Shown here: piece by piece, positions 49,700 through 63,000 of the stretch | Layout: every line of letters begins with the position of its first letter | Position numbering within the stretch: position 1 is the first letter of the stretch | From: Eledone cirrhosa | Lineage: Eukaryota | Assembly (NCBI GenBank): GCA_964016885.1 | Contig: OZ024743.1 | Span: 132,804,001-132,868,000 of the forward strand | Reading direction: 5' to 3' | Length of the DNA stretch: 64,000 nucleotides | Made by a program: the position numbers and the translations under genes | Notes under the pieces: model-generated | Told to the model about the DNA's origin: nothing | Database searches by the model: none | What the model saw: only the letters and a program-made list of their open reading frames with translations

Positions 49700-52600
49700 G
49701 TGCTTGGTGTTTGGTGCTGGGTGCTTGGTTTTTGGTGCTGGGTGCTTGGTGTTTGGTGCTTGGTGCTTGTTCTTTGGTGCTTTGTGTTTGGTGTTTGGTG
49801 CTTGGTGCTTGGTGTTTGGTGTTTGGTGCTTGGTGTTTGGTGCTTGGTGCTTGGTGTTTGGTTTTTGGTGCTTGGTGTTTGGTGTTTGGTGTTTGGTGCT
49901 TGCTGCTGGCTGCTTGGTGTTTGATGCATGGTGATTTGTGCTTGGTGTTTGGTGCTTGGTGTTTGGTGTTTGATGCTTGGTGCTTGGTGTTTGGTGTTTG
50001 ATGATTGGTGCTTGGTGCTTGGTGTTTGGTGCTTGGTGTTTGGTGTTTGGTGCTTGGTCATTGGTGTTTCCACTTGGTGCTTGGTGCTTGGTTCTTGGTG
50101 TTTGGTGCTTGGTGCTTGGTGTTTGGTGTTATATGCTTGGTGTTTGATGCTTGGTGCTTGGTGCTTGGTGTTTGGTGTTTGGTGTTAGATGCTTGGTGCT
50201 TGGTGTTTGGTGCTTGGTGCTTGGTGTTTGTACTTGGTGCTTGGTGCTTGGTGCTTGGTGTTTGGTGCTTGGTATTTGGTGCTTGGTGCTTGGTGCTTGG
50301 TCCTTGGTGCTTGGTGTTTGGTGGTTGGTGTTTGGTGGTTGGTGTTAGGTGTTTGGTGCTTGGTGCTTGGTGTTTGGTGTTTGGTGCTTGGTGTTTGGTG
50401 TTAGGTGCTTGGTGTTTGGTGCTTGGTACTTTGTGCTTGGTGCTTGGTGTTAGGTGTTTGGTGCTTGGTGTTTGGTGCTTGGTGTTTGGTGCTTGGTGCT
50501 TGGTGCTTGGTGCTTGGTGTTTGGTGGTTGGTGTTTGGTGCTTGGTGTTTGGTGCTTGGTGTTACGTGTTTGGTGCTTGGTGCTTGGTGTTTGGTGTTTG
50601 GTGCTTGGTGTTTGGTGTTTGGTGCTTGGTGTTTGGTGCTTTTTGCTTGGTGCTTGGTGCTTGGTGTTTGGTGCTGGGTGCTTGGTGCTTGGTGTTTGGT
50701 GTTATATGCTTGGTGTTTGATGCTTGGTGCTTGGTGCTTGGTGTTTGGTGTTTGGTGCTTGGTGTTTGATGCTTGGTGTTTGGTGCTTGGTGTTTGGTGC
50801 TTGGTGCTTGGTGTTTGGTGCTTGGTGCTTGGTGTTTGGTGCTTGGTGTTTGGTGCTTGGTGTTTGGTGCTTGGTGCTTGGTGCTTGGTGCTTGGTGTTT
50901 GGTGTTTGGTGCTTGGTGTTTGGTGCTTGGTACTTGGTGCTTGGTGCTTGGTGTTAGGTGTTTGGTGCTTGGTGCTTGGTGTCTGGTTTTTGGTGCTTGG
51001 TGCTTGGTGTTTGGTGCTTGCTGCTGGCTGCTTGGTGTTTGGTGCTTGGTGATTGGTGCTTGGTGTTTGGTGTTTGGTGCTAGGTGCTTGGTGTTTGGTG
51101 CTTGGTGCTTGGTGTTTGTACTTGGTGCTTGGTGCTTGGTTCTTGGTGTTTGGTGCTTCGTGCTTGGTGTTTGGTGCTTGGTGCTTGGTGTTTGGTGCTT
51201 GGTGTTTGGTGCTTGGTGTTTGGTGCTTGGTGCTTGGTGCTTGGTGTTTGGTGCTTGGTGTTTGGTGCTTGGTGTTAGGTGTTTGGTGCTTGGTGCTTGG
51301 TGTTTGGTGTTTGGTGCTTGGTGTTTGGTGTTTGGTGTTATATGCTTGGTGTTTGATGCTTGGTGCTTGGTGCTTGGTGTTTGGCGCTTGGTGTTTGATG
51401 CTTGGTGCTTGGTGCTTGGTGTTTGGTGCTTGGTGCTTGGTGTTTGTACTTGGTGCTTCGTGCTTGGTTCTTGGTGTTTGGTGCTTGGTGTTTGGTGTTT
51501 GGTGCTTGGTGTTTGGTGTTTGGTGTTATATGCTTGGTGTTTGATGCTTGGTGCTTGGTGCTTGGTGTTTGGTGCTTGGTGTTTGATGCTTGGTGCTTCG
51601 TGCTTGGTGTTTGGTGCTTGGTGCTTGGTGCTTGGTGCTTGGTGCTTGGTTCTTTGTGTTTGGTACTTGGTGCTTGGTGTTTGGTGCTTGGTGCTTGGTG
51701 TTTGGTGCTTGGTGTTTGGTGCTTGGTGTTTGGTGCTTGGTGCTTGGTGCTTAGTGCTTGGTGTTTGGTGCTTGGTGTTAGGTGTTTGGTGCTTGGTGCT
51801 TGGTGTTTGGTGTTTGGTGCTTGGTGTTTGGTGCTTGGTGTTTGGTGTTAGGTGTTTGGTGCTTGGTGTTTGGTGTTTGGTGCTTGGTGTTTGGTGCTTG
51901 GTGTTTGGTGCTTGATGTTTGGTGCTTGATACTTGGTGCTTGGTGCTTCGTGTTAGGTGTTTGGTGCTTGGTGCTTGGTGTTTGGTTTTTGGTGCTTGGT
52001 GCTTGGTGTTTGGTGTTTGGTGCTTGCTGCTGGCTGCTTGGTGTTTGATGCTTGGTGATTGGTGCTTGGTGTTTTGTGCTTGGTGTTAGGTGTTTGGTGC
52101 TTGGTGCTTGGTGTTTGGTTTTTGGTGCTTGGTGCTAGGTGCTTGGTGTTTGGTGCTTGGTTCTTGGTGTTTGGTGCTTGGTGTTTGATGCTTGGTGCTT
52201 CGTGCTTGGTGTTTGGTGCTTGGTGCTTGGTGTTTGTACTTGGTGCTTGGTGCTTGGTTCTTTGTGTTTGGTACTTGGTGCTTGGTGCTTGGTGCTGGGT
52301 GGTTGGTGTTTAGTGCTTGGTGTTTGGTGCTGGGTGCTTGGTGTTTGGTGCTTGGTGCTTGGTCTTTGGTGCTTGGTGTTTGGTGTTTGGTGCTTGGTGC
52401 TTGGTGCTTGGTGTTTGGTGCTTGGTGCTTAGTGTTTGGTGCTTGGTGCTTAGTGTTTGGTGTTTGGTGCTTGGTGCTTGGTGTTTGGTGCTTAGTGTTT
52501 GGTGCTTGGTGCTTGGTGTTTGGTGTTTGCTGTTTGCTGTTTGGTGTTTGTTGTTTGGTGTTTGTTGTTTGGTGTTTGCTGTTTGGTGTTTGGTGTTTGC

Positions 52601-55600
52601 TTTTTGGTGTTTGGTGTTTGCTGTATGTTGTTTGGTGTTTGGTGTTTGGTGTTTGGTGTTTGGTGCTTGTTGCTTGGTGTTTGGTGCTTGGTGCTTGGTG
52701 TTTGGAGCCTGGTGCTTGGTGCTTGGTGCTTGGTGTTTGGTGTTTGGTGCTTGGTGCTTGGAGTTTGGTGTTTGGTGCTTGGTGCTTGCTGCTGGCTGCT
52801 TGGTGCTTGGTGCTTGGTGCCTGGTGCTTGGTGCTTGGTGCTTGGTGTTTGGTGTTTGGTGCTTGGTGCTTGGAGTTTGGTGTTTGGTGCTTGGTGCTTG
52901 GTATTTCGTGTTTCGTGTTTGGTTGTTGGTGCTTGGTGCTTGGTGCTTGGTCCTTGGTGTTTGGTGCTGGGTACTTGGTGTTTGGTGCTTGGTGCTTGGT
53001 CTTTGGTGCTTTGTGTTTGGTGCTTGGTGCTTGGTGTTTGGTGCTTGGTGCTTGATGTTTGGTGCTTGGTGCTTGGTGTTTGGTTTTTGGTGCTTGGTGT
53101 TTGGTGTTTGGTGTTTGGTGCTTGCTGCTGGCTGCTTGGTGTTTGATGCATGGTGATTTGTGCTTGGTGTTTGGTGCTTGGTGTTTGGTGTTTGATGCTT
53201 GGTGCTTGGTGTTTGGTGTTTGATGCTTGGTGCTTGGTGCTTGGTGCTTGGTGCTTGGTGTTTGGTGCTTGGTGTTTGGTGTTTGGTGCTTGGTGATTGG
53301 TGTTTCTACTTGGTGCTTGGTGCTTGGTTCTTGGTATTTGGTGCTTGGTGCTTGGTGTTTGGTGTTATATGCTTGGTGTTTGATGCTTGGTGCTTGGTGC
53401 TTGGTGTTTGGTGTTTGGTGTTTGATGCTTGGTGCTTGGTGTTTGGTGCTTGGTGCTTGGTGTTTGTACTTGGTGCTTGGTGCTTGGTGCTTGGTGTTTG
53501 GTGCTTGGTATTTGGTGCTTGGTGCTTGGTGCTTGGTCCTTGGTGCTTGGTGTTTGGTCGTTGGTGTTTGGTGGTTGGTGTTAGGTGTTTGGTGCTTGGT
53601 GCTTGGTGTTTGGTGTTTGGTGCTTGGTGTTTGGTGTTTGGTGCTTGGTGTTTGGTGCTTGGTACTTGGTGCTTGGTGCTTGGTGTTAGGTGTTTGGTGC
53701 TTGGTGTTTGGTGCTTGGTGTTTGGTGCTTGGTGCTTGGTGCTTGGTGCTTGGTGTTTGGTGGTTGGTGTTTGGTGCTTGGTGTTTGGTGCTTGGTGTTA
53801 CGTGTTTGGTGCTTGGTGCTTGGTGTTTGGTGTTTGGTGCTTGGTGTTTGGTGTTTGGTGCTTGGTGTTTGGTGCTTTTTGCTTGGTGCTTGGTGCTTGG
53901 TGTTTGGTGCTGGGTGCTTGGTGCTTGGTGTTTGGTGTTATATGCTTGGTGTTTGATGCTTGGTGCTTGGTGCTTGGTGTTTGGTGTTTGGTGCTTGGTG
54001 TTTGATGCTTGGTGCTTGGTGCTTGGTGTTTGGTGTTTGGTGCTGGGTGTTTGGTGCATGGTGCTTGGTGTTTGGTGCTTGGTGTTTGGTGCTTGGTGTT
54101 TGGTGCTTGGTGCTTGGTGCTTGGTGCTTGGTGTTTGGTGTTTGGTGTTTGGTGCTTGGTGTTTGGTGCTTGGTACTTGGTGCTTGGTGCTTGGTGTTAG
54201 GTGTTTGGTACTTGGTGCTTGGTGTCTGGTTTTTGGTGCTTGGTGCTTGGTGTTTGGTGCTTGCTGCTGGCTGCTTGGTGTTTGGTGCTTGGTGATTGGT
54301 GCTTGGTGTTTGGTGTTTGGTGCTAGGTGCTTGGTGTTTGGTGCTTGGTGCTTGGTGTTTGGTGCTTGGTGCTTGGTGTTTGGTGCTTGGTGGTTGGTGC
54401 TTGGTGTTTGGTGCTTGGTGCTTGGTGCTTGGTGTTTGGTGCTTGGTGTTTGGTGCTTGGTGTTAGGTGTTTGGTGCTTGGTGCTTGGTGTTTGGTGTTT
54501 GGTGCTTGGTGTTTGGTGTTTGGTGTTATATGCTTGGTGTTTGATGCTTGGTGCTTGGTGCTTGGTGTTTGGTGCTTGGTGTTTGATGCTTGGTGCTTGG
54601 TGCTTGGTGTTTGGTGTTTGGTGCTTGGTGTTTGTACTTGGTGCTTGGTGCTTGGTTCTTGGTGTTTGGTTCTTGGTGTTTGGTGTTTGGTGCTTGGTGT
54701 TTGGTGTTTGGTGTTATATGCTTGGTGTTTGATGCTTGGTGCTTGGTGCTTGGTGTTTGGTGCTTGGTGTTTGATGCTTGGTGCTTGGTGCTTGGTGTTT
54801 GGTGCTTGGTGCTTGGTGTTTGTACTTGGTGCTTGGTGCTTGGTTCTTGGTGTTTGGTGCTTGGTGCTTGGTGTTTGGTGCTTGGTGCTTGGTGTTTGGT
54901 GCTTGGTGTTTGGTGCTTGGTGTTTGGTGCTTGGTGCTTGGTGCTTAGTGCTTGGTGTTTGGTGCTTGGTGTTAGGTGTTTGGTGCTTGGTGCTTGGTGT
55001 TTGGTGTTTGGTGCTTGGTGTTTGGTGCTTGGTGTTTGGTGTTAGGTGTTTGGTGCTTGGTGTTTGGTGTTTGGTTCTTGGTGTTTGGTGCTTGGTGTTT
55101 GGTGCTTGGTGTTTGGTGCTTGGTACTTGGTGCTTGGTGCTTCGTGTTAGGTGTTTGGTGCTTGGTGCTTGGTGTTTGGTTTTTGGTGATTGGTGCTTGG
55201 TGTTTGGTGTTTGGTGCTTGCTGCTGGCTGCTTGGTGTTTGATGCTTGGTGATTGGTGCTTGAGTGTTTTGTGCTTGGTGTTTGGTGTTTGGTGCTAGGT
55301 GCTTGGTGTTTGGTGCTTGGTGCTTGGTGCTTGGTGCTTGGTGTTTGGTGTTTGGTTTTAGGTGCTTGGTGCTTGGTGTTTGGTGCTTGGTGCTGGGTGG
55401 TTGGTGTTTAGTGCTTGGTGTTTGGTGCTGGGTGCTTGGTGTTTGGTGCTTGGTGCTTGGTCTTTGGTGCTTGGTGTTTGGTGTTTGGTGCTTGGTGCTT
55501 GGTGCTTGGTGTTTGGTGCTTGGTGCTTGGTGTTTGGTGCTTGGTGCTTAGTGTTTGGTGCTTGGTGCTTAGTGTTTGGTGTTTGGTGCTTGGTGCTTGG

Positions 55601-58600
55601 TGTTTGGTGCTTACTGTTTGGTGCTTGGTGCTTGGTGTTTCGTGTTTAGTGTTTGGTTTTTGGTGCTTGGTGCTTGGTGCTTGGTCCTTGGTGTTTGGTG
55701 CTGGGTGCATTGTTTTTGGTGCTTGGTGCTTGGTGCTTGGTGTTTGGTGTTTGCTGCTTGGTGTTTGATGCTTGGTGCTTGGTGGTTGGTGTTTTGTGTT
55801 TGGTGCTTGGTGCTTGGTGTTTGGTGCTTGGTGCTTGGTGCTTGGTGTTTGTACTTGGTGCTTGGTGATTGGTGTTTGGTTCTTGGTTCTTGGTGTTTGG
55901 TGTTTGGCGTTTGGTGTTTGGTGCTTGGTGCTTGGTGTTTGGTGCTTGGTGCTTGGTGTTTGGTGCCTGGTGCTTGGTGCTTGGTGCTTGGTGTTTGGTG
56001 TTTGGTGCTTGGTGCTTGGTGCTTGGAGTTTGGTGTTTGGTGCTTGGTGCTTTGTGTTTTGTGTTTGGTGTTTGGTTTTTGGTGCTTGGTGCTTGGTCCT
56101 TGGTGTTTGGTGCTGGGTGCTTTGTGTTTTGTGCTTGGTGCTTGGTGTTTGGTGTTTGCTGCTTGGTGTTTGATGCTTGGTGCTTGGTGCTTGGTGTTTT
56201 GTTTTTGGTGCTTGGTTCTTGGTGTTTGGTGCTTGGTGCTTGGTACTTGGTGTTTGTACTGGGTGCTTGGTGCTTGGTGTTTGGTTCTTGGTTCTTGGTG
56301 TTTGGTACTTGGTGCTTGGTGCTTGATGTTTGGTGTTTGGTGCTTGGTGTTTGGTGCTTGGTACTTGGTGCTTGGTGCTTGGTGTTAGATGTTTGGTGCT
56401 TGGTGCTTGGTGTTTGGTTTTTGGTGCTTGGTGCTTGGTGTTTGGTGTTTGGTCCTTGCTGCTGGCTGCTTGGTGTTTGATGCTTGGTGATTGGTGCTTG
56501 GTGTTTTGTGCTTGGTGTTTGGTGTTTGGTGCTAGGTGCTTGGTGTTTGGTGCTTGGTGCTTGGTGCTTGGTGTTTGGTGTTTGGTGTTAGGTGCTTGAT
56601 GCTTGGTGTTTGGTGCTTGGTGCTGGGTGGTTGGTGTTTAGTGCTTGGTGTTTGGTGCTGGGTGCTTGGTGTTTGGTGCTTGGTGCTTGGTCTTTGTTGC
56701 TTGGTGTTTGGTGTTTGGTGCTTGGTGCTTGGTGCTTGGTGTTTGGTGCTTGGTGCTTGGTGTTTGGTGCTTGGTGCTTAGTGTTTGGTGCTTGGTGCTT
56801 AGTGTTTGGTGCTAGGTGCTTGGTGTTTGGTGCTTGGTGCTTGGTGTGTGGTGCCTGGTGCTTGGTGTTTGGTGTTTGGTGTTTGGTGCTTGGTGCTTGG
56901 TGTTTGGTGTTTGCTGTTTGCTGTTTGGTGTTTGTTGTTTGGTGTTTGTTGTTTGGTGTTTGCTGTTTGGTGTTTGGTGTTTGCTTTTTGGTGTTTGGTG
57001 TTTGCTGTATGTTGTTTGCTGTTTGGTGTTTGGTGTTTGGTGTTTGGTGCTTGGTGCTTGCTGCTGGCTGCTTGGTGTTTGATGCATGGTGATTTGTGCT
57101 TGGTGTTTGGTGCTTGGTGCTTGGTGCTTGGTGTTTGGTGCTTGGTGTTTGGTGTTTGGTGCTTGGTTATTGGTGTTTCTACTTGGTGCTTGGTGCTTGG
57201 TTCTTGGTATTTGGTGCTTGGTGCTTGGTGTTTGGTGTTATATGCTTGGTGTTTGATGCTTGGTGCTTGGTGCTTGGTGTTTGGTGTTTGGTGTTTGATG
57301 CTTGGTGCTTGGTGTTTGGTGCTTGGTGCTTGGTGTTTGTACTTGGTGCTTGGTGCTTGGTGTTAGGTGTTTGGTGCTTGGTGTTTGGTGCTTGGTGTTT
57401 GGTGCTTGGTGCTTGGTGCTTGGTGTTTGGTGGTTGGTGTTTGGTGCTTGGTGTTTGGTGCTTGGTGTTACGTGTTTGGTGCTTGGTGCTTGGTGTTTGG
57501 TGTTTGGTGCTTGGTGTTTGGTGTTTGGTGCTTGGTGTTTGGTGCTTGCTGCTGGCTGCTTGGTGTTTGGTGCTTGGTGATTGGTGCTTGGTGTTTGGTG
57601 TTTGGTGCTAGATGCTTGGTGTTTGGTGCTTGGTGCTTGGTGTTTGGTGCTTGGTGCTTGGTGTTTGGTGCTTGGTGTTTGGTGCTTGGTGTTTGGTGCT
57701 TGGTGCTTGGTGCTTGGTGTTTGGTGCTTGGTGTTTGGTGCTTGGTGTTAGGTGTTTGGTGCTTGGTGCTTGGTGTTTGGTGTTTGGTGCTTGGTGTTTG
57801 GTGTTTGGTGTTATATGCTTGGTGTTTGATGCTTGGTGCTTGGTGCTTGGTGTTTGGTGCTTGGTGTTTGATGCTTGGTGCTTGGTGCTTGGTGTTTGGT
57901 GCTTGGTGCTTGGTGTTTGTACTTGGTGCTTGGTGCTTGGTTCTTGGTGTTTGGTTCTTGGTGTTTGGTGTTTGGTGCTTGGTGTTTGGTGTTTGGTGTT
58001 ATATGCTTGGTGTTTGATGCTTGGTGCTTGGTGCTTGGTGTTTGGTGCTTGGTGTTTGATGCTTGGTGCTTGGTGCTTGGTGTTTGGTGCTTGGTGCTTG
58101 GTGTTTGTACTTGGTGCCTGGTGTTTGGTGCTTGGTGCTTGGTGTTTGGTGCTTGGTGTTTGGTGCTTGGTGTTTGGTGCTTGGTGCTTGGTGCTTAGTG
58201 CTTGGTGTTTGGTGCTTGGTGTTAGGTGTTTGGTGCTTGGTGCTTGGTGTTTGGTGTTTGGTGCTTGGTGTTTGGTGCTTGGTGTTTGGTGTTAGGTGTT
58301 TGGTGCTTGGTGTTTGGTGTTTGGTGCTTGGTGTTTGGTGCTTGGTGTTTGGTGCTTGATGTTTGGTGCTTGATACTTGGTGCTTGGTGCTTCGTGTTAG
58401 GTGTTTGGTGCTTGGTGCTTGGTGTTTGGTTTTTGGTGCTTGGTGCTTGGTGTTTGGTGTTTGGTGCTTGCTGCTGGCTGCTTGGTGTTTGATGCTTGGT
58501 GATTGGTGCTTGGTGTTTTGTGCTTGGTGTTAGGTGTTTGGTGCTTGGTGCTTGGTGTTTGGTTTTTGGTGCTTGGTGCTAGGTGCTTGGTGTTTGGTGC

Positions 58601-60012
58601 TTGGTGCTTGGTGTTTGGTGTTTGGTTTTAGGTGCTTGGTGCTTGGTGTTTGGTGCTTGGTGCTGGGTGGTTGGTGTTTAGTGCTTGGTGTTTGGTGCTG
58701 GGTGCTTGGTGTTTGGTGCTTGGTGCTTGGTCTTTGGTGCTTGGTGTTTGGTGTTTGGTGCTTGGTGCTTGGTGCTTGGTGTTTGGTGCTTGGTGCTTGG
58801 TGTTTGGTGCTTGGTGCTTAGTGTTTGGTGCTTGGTGCTTAGTGTTTGGTGTTTGGTGCTTGGTGCTTGGTGTTTGGTGCTTTGTGTTTGGTGCTTGGTG
58901 CTTGGTGTTTGGTGTTTGCTGTTTGCTGTTTGGTGTTTGTTGTTTGGTGTTTGTTGTTTGGTGTTTGCTGTTTGGTGTTTGGTGTTTGCTTTTTGGTGTT
59001 TGGTGTTTGCTGTATGTTGTTTGGTGTTTGGTGTTTGGTGTTTGGTGTTTGGTGCTTGTTGCTTGGTGTTTGGTGCTTGGTGCTTGGTGTTTGGAGCCTG
59101 GTGCTTGGTGCTTGGTGCTTGGTGTTTGGTGTTTGGTGCTTGGTGCTTGGAGTTTGGTGTTTGGTGCTTGGTGCTTGCTGCTGGCTGCTTGGTGCTTGGT
59201 GTTTGGTGCCTGGTGCTTGGTGCTTGGTGCTTGGTGTTTGGTGTTTGGTGCTTGGTGCTTGGAGTTTGGTGTTTGGTGCTTGGTGCTTGGTATTTCGTGT
59301 TTCGTGTTTGGTTGTTGGTGCTTGGTGCTTGGTGCTTGGTCCTTGGTGTTTGGTGCTGGGTGCTTGGTGTTTGGTGCTTGGTGCTTGGTCTTTGGTGCTT
59401 TGTGTTTGGTGCTTGGTGCTTGGTGTTTGGTGCTTGGTGCTTGATGTTTGGTGCTTGGTGCTTGGTGTTTGGTTTTTGGTGCTTGGTGTTTGGTGTTTGG
59501 TGTTTGGTGCTTGCTGCTGGCTGCTTGGTGTTTGATGCATGGTGATTTGTGCTTGGTGTTTGGTGCTTGGTGTTTGGTGTTTGATGCTTGGTGCTTGGTG
59601 TTTGGTGTTTGATGCTTGGTGCTTGGTGCTTGGTGCTTGGTGCTTGGTGTTTGGTGCTTGGTGTTTGGTGTTTGGTGCTTGGTGATTGGTGTTTCTACTT
59701 GGTGCTTGGTGCTTGGTTCTTGGTATTTGGTGCTTGGTGCTTGGTGTTTGGTGTTATATGCTTGGTGTTTGATGCTTGGTGCTTGGTGCTTGGTGTTTGG
59801 TGTTTGGTGTTTGATGCTTGGTGCTTGGTGTTTGGTGCTTGGTGCTTGGTGTTTGTACTTGGTGCTTGGTGCTTGGTGCTTGGTGTTTGGTGCTTGGTAT
59901 TTGGTGCTTGGTGCTTGGTGCTTGGTCCTTGGTGCTTGGTGTTTGGTGGTTGGTGTTTGGTGGTTGGTGTTAGGTGTTTGGTGCTTGGTGCTTGGTGTTT
60001 GGTGTTTGGTGC
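49700..60012 (+). repeat. More diverged and rearranged satellite subfamily with ~3.2-kb (and ~6.4-kb) periodicity
   Basis: Offsets are 50454->53690 (3236), 51782->54976 (3194), 54327->57612 (3285) and 53199->59588 (6389). Diagnostic monomers are TACGTGT (50563, 53799, 57469), TTCCAC/TTCTAC (50068, 53304, 57177, 59693), TTGGAGC (52702, 59091) and TTGATAC (51926, 58370). Confidence 0.8.
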
Positions 60013-63000
60013 TTGGTGTTTGGTGTTTGGTGCTTGGTGCTTGGTGTTTGGTGTTTGCTGTTTGCTGTTTGGTGTTTGTTGTTTGGTGTTTGGTGCTTGG
60101 TGCTTGGTGTCTGGTTTTTGGTGCTTGGTGCTTGGTGTTTGGTGCTTGTTGCTGGCTGCTTGGTGTTTGGTGCTTGGTGATTGGTGCTTGGTGTTTGGTG
60201 CTTGGTGTTTGGTGTTTGGTGCTTGGTGTTTGTACTTGGTGTTTGGTGCTTGGTGTTTGGTGCTAGGTGCTTGGTGTTTGGTGCTTGGTGCTTGGTGTTT
60301 GGTGCCTGGTGCTTGGTGTTTCGTGCTTGGTGTTTGGTGCTTGGTGCTTGGTGTTTGGTGCCTGCTGCTTGGTGCTTGGTGCTTGGTGTTTGGTGTTTGG
60401 TGCTTGGTGCTTGGAGTTTGGTGTTTGGTGCTTGGTGCTTGGTGTTTCGTGTTTGGTTTTTGGTGCTTGGTGCTTGGTGCTTGGTGCTTGGTCCTTGGTG
60501 TTTGGTGTTTGCTGCTTGGTGTTTGATGCTTGGTGCTTGGTGCTTGGTGTTTTGTGTTTGGTGCTTGGTGCTTGGTGTTTGGTGCTTGGTGCTTGGTGCT
60601 TGGTGTTTGTACTTGGTGCTTGGTGTTTGGTTCTTGGTTCTTGGTGTTTGGTGTTTGGCGTTTGCTGTTTGGTGCTTGGTGCTTGGTGTTTGGTGCTTGG
60701 TGCTTGGTGTTTGGTGCCTGGTGCTTGGTGCTTGGTGTTTGGTGTTTGGTGCTTGGTGCTTGGTGCTTGGAGTTTGGTGTTTGGTGCTTGGTGCTTTGTG
60801 TTTTGTGTTTGGTGTTTGGTTTATGGTGCTTGGTGCTTGGTCCTTGGTGTTTGGTGCTGGGTGCTTTGTGTTTGGTGCTTGGTGCTTGGTGTTTGGTGTT
60901 TGCTGCTTGGTGTTTGATGCTTGGTGCTTGGTGCTTGGTGTTTTGTGTTTGGTGCTTGGTTCTTGGTGTATGGTGCTTGGTGCTTGGTACTTGGTGTTTG
61001 TACTTGGTGCTTGGTGCTTGGTGTTTGGTTCTTGGTTCTTGGTGTTTGGTACTTGGTGCTTCGTGCTTGATGTTTGGTGTTTGGTGCTTGGTGTTTGGTG
61101 CTTGGTGCTTGGTGCTTGGTGTTAGGTGTTTGGTGCTTGGTCTTTGGTGTTTGGTGCTTGGTGTTTGGTGTTTGCTGTTTGGTGTTTGGTGTTTGGTGTC
61201 TGGTGTTTGCTGTTTGGTGTCTGCTTTTTGGTGTTCAGTGTTTGCTGTATGGTGTTTGGTGTTTGCTGTTTGGTGTTTGGTCTTTGGTGCTTGGTGTTTG
61301 GTGCTTGGTACTTGGTGTTTGGTGTTTGGTGCTTTGTGCTTGGTGTTTGGTGTTTGGTGCTTGGTGTTTGGTGTTTGGTGCTTGGTGTCTGGTGCTTGGT
61401 GTTTGGTTTTTGGTGCTTGGTGTTTGGTGTTTGGTGTTTGGTGTTTGGTGCTTGGTGCTTGGTGTTTGATGTTTGGTGCTTGGTGTCTGGTGCTTGGTGC
61501 TTGGTGCTTGGTGCTTGGTGTTTGGTGTTTGGTGCTTGGTGTTTGGTGCTTGGTGCTGGGTGGTTGGTGTTTGGTGCTTGGTGTTTGGTGCTGGGTGCTT
61601 GGTGTTTGGTGCTGGGTGCTTGGTGTTTGGTGCTTGGTGCTTGGTCTTTGGTGCTTGGTGTTTGGTGCTTGGTGCTTGGTGCTTGGTGTTTGGTGCTTGG
61701 TGCTTGGTGTTTGGTGCTTGGTGCTTGGTGTTTGGTTTTTGGTGCTTGGTGCTTGGTGTTTGGTGTTTGGTGCTTGCTGCTGGCTGCTTGGTGTTTGATG
61801 CATGGTGATTGGTGCTTGGTGTTTGGTGCTTCGTGTTTGGTGTTTGATGCTTGGTGCTTGGTGCTTGGTGTTTGGTGCTTGGTGCTTGGTGTTTGGTGCT
61901 TGGTGCTTGGTGTTTGGTGCTTGGTGTTTGGTGCTTGGTGTTTGGTGCTTGGTGCTTGGTGCTTGGTGCTTGGTGTTTGGTGGTTGGTGCTTGGTGCTTG
62001 GTGTTAGGTGTTTGGTGCTTGGTGCTTGGTGTTTGGTGTTTGGTGCTTGGTGTTTGGTGTTTGGTGCTTGGTGTTTGGTGCTTGGTACTTGGTGCTTGGT
62101 GCTTGGTGTTAGGTGTTTGGTGCTTGGTGCTTGGTGTCTGGTTTTTGGTGCTTGGTGCTTGGTGTTTGGTGTTTGGTGCTTGCTGCTGGCTGCTTGGTGT
62201 TTGGTGCTTGGTGATTGGTGCTTGGTGTTTGGTGCTTGGTGTTTGGTGTTTGGTGCTTGGTGATTGGTGTTTGTACTTGGTGCTTGGTGCTTGGTTCTTG
62301 GTGTTTGGTGCTTGGTGCTTGGTGTTTGGTGTTATATGCTTGGTGTTTGATGCTTGGTGCTTGGTGCTTGGTGTTTGGTGTTTGGTGTTTGATGCTTGGT
62401 GCTTGGTTTTTGGTGCTTGGTGCTTGGTGTTTGTACTTGGTGCTTGGTGCTTGGTGCTTGGTGTTTGGTGCTTGGTGCTTGGTGCTTGGTCCTTGGTGCT
62501 TGGTGTTTGGTGGTTGGTGTTTGGTGCTTGGTGTTAGGTGTTTGGTGCTTGGTGCTTAGTGTTTGGTGTTTGGTGCTTGGTGTTTGGTGTTTGGTGCTTG
62601 GTATTTGGTGCTTGGTACTTGGTGCTTGGTGCTTGGTGTTAGGTGTTTGGTGCTTGGTGTTTGGTGCTTGGTGTTTGGTGCTTGGTGCTTGGTGCTTGGT
62701 GCTTGGTGTTTGGTGGTTGGTGTTTGGTGCTTGGTGTTTGGTGCTTGGTGTTAGGTGTTTGGTGCTTGGTGCTTGGTGCTTGGTGCTTGGTGTTTGGTGC
62801 TGGGTGCTTGGTGCTTGGTGTTTGGTGTTATATGCTTGGTGTTTGATGCTTGGTGCTTGGTGCTTGGTGTTTGGTGTTTGGTGCTTGGTGTTTGATGCTT
62901 GGTGCTTGGTGCTTGGTGTTTGGTGCTTGGTGCTTGGTGTTTGGTGCTTGGTGCTTGGTGTTTGGTGCTTGGTGTTTGGTGCTTGGTGTTTGGTGCTTGG

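Noticed and set aside
963-61803. Long minus-strand ORFs (MHQTPSSQQQAP..., up to 873 aa) resembling mucin-like or Pol II CTD-like heptad proteins
   Set aside because: The same peptide appears in all three frames, there is no unique domain, and frames are switched by 6-mer monomers. This is a consequence of the DNA repeat.
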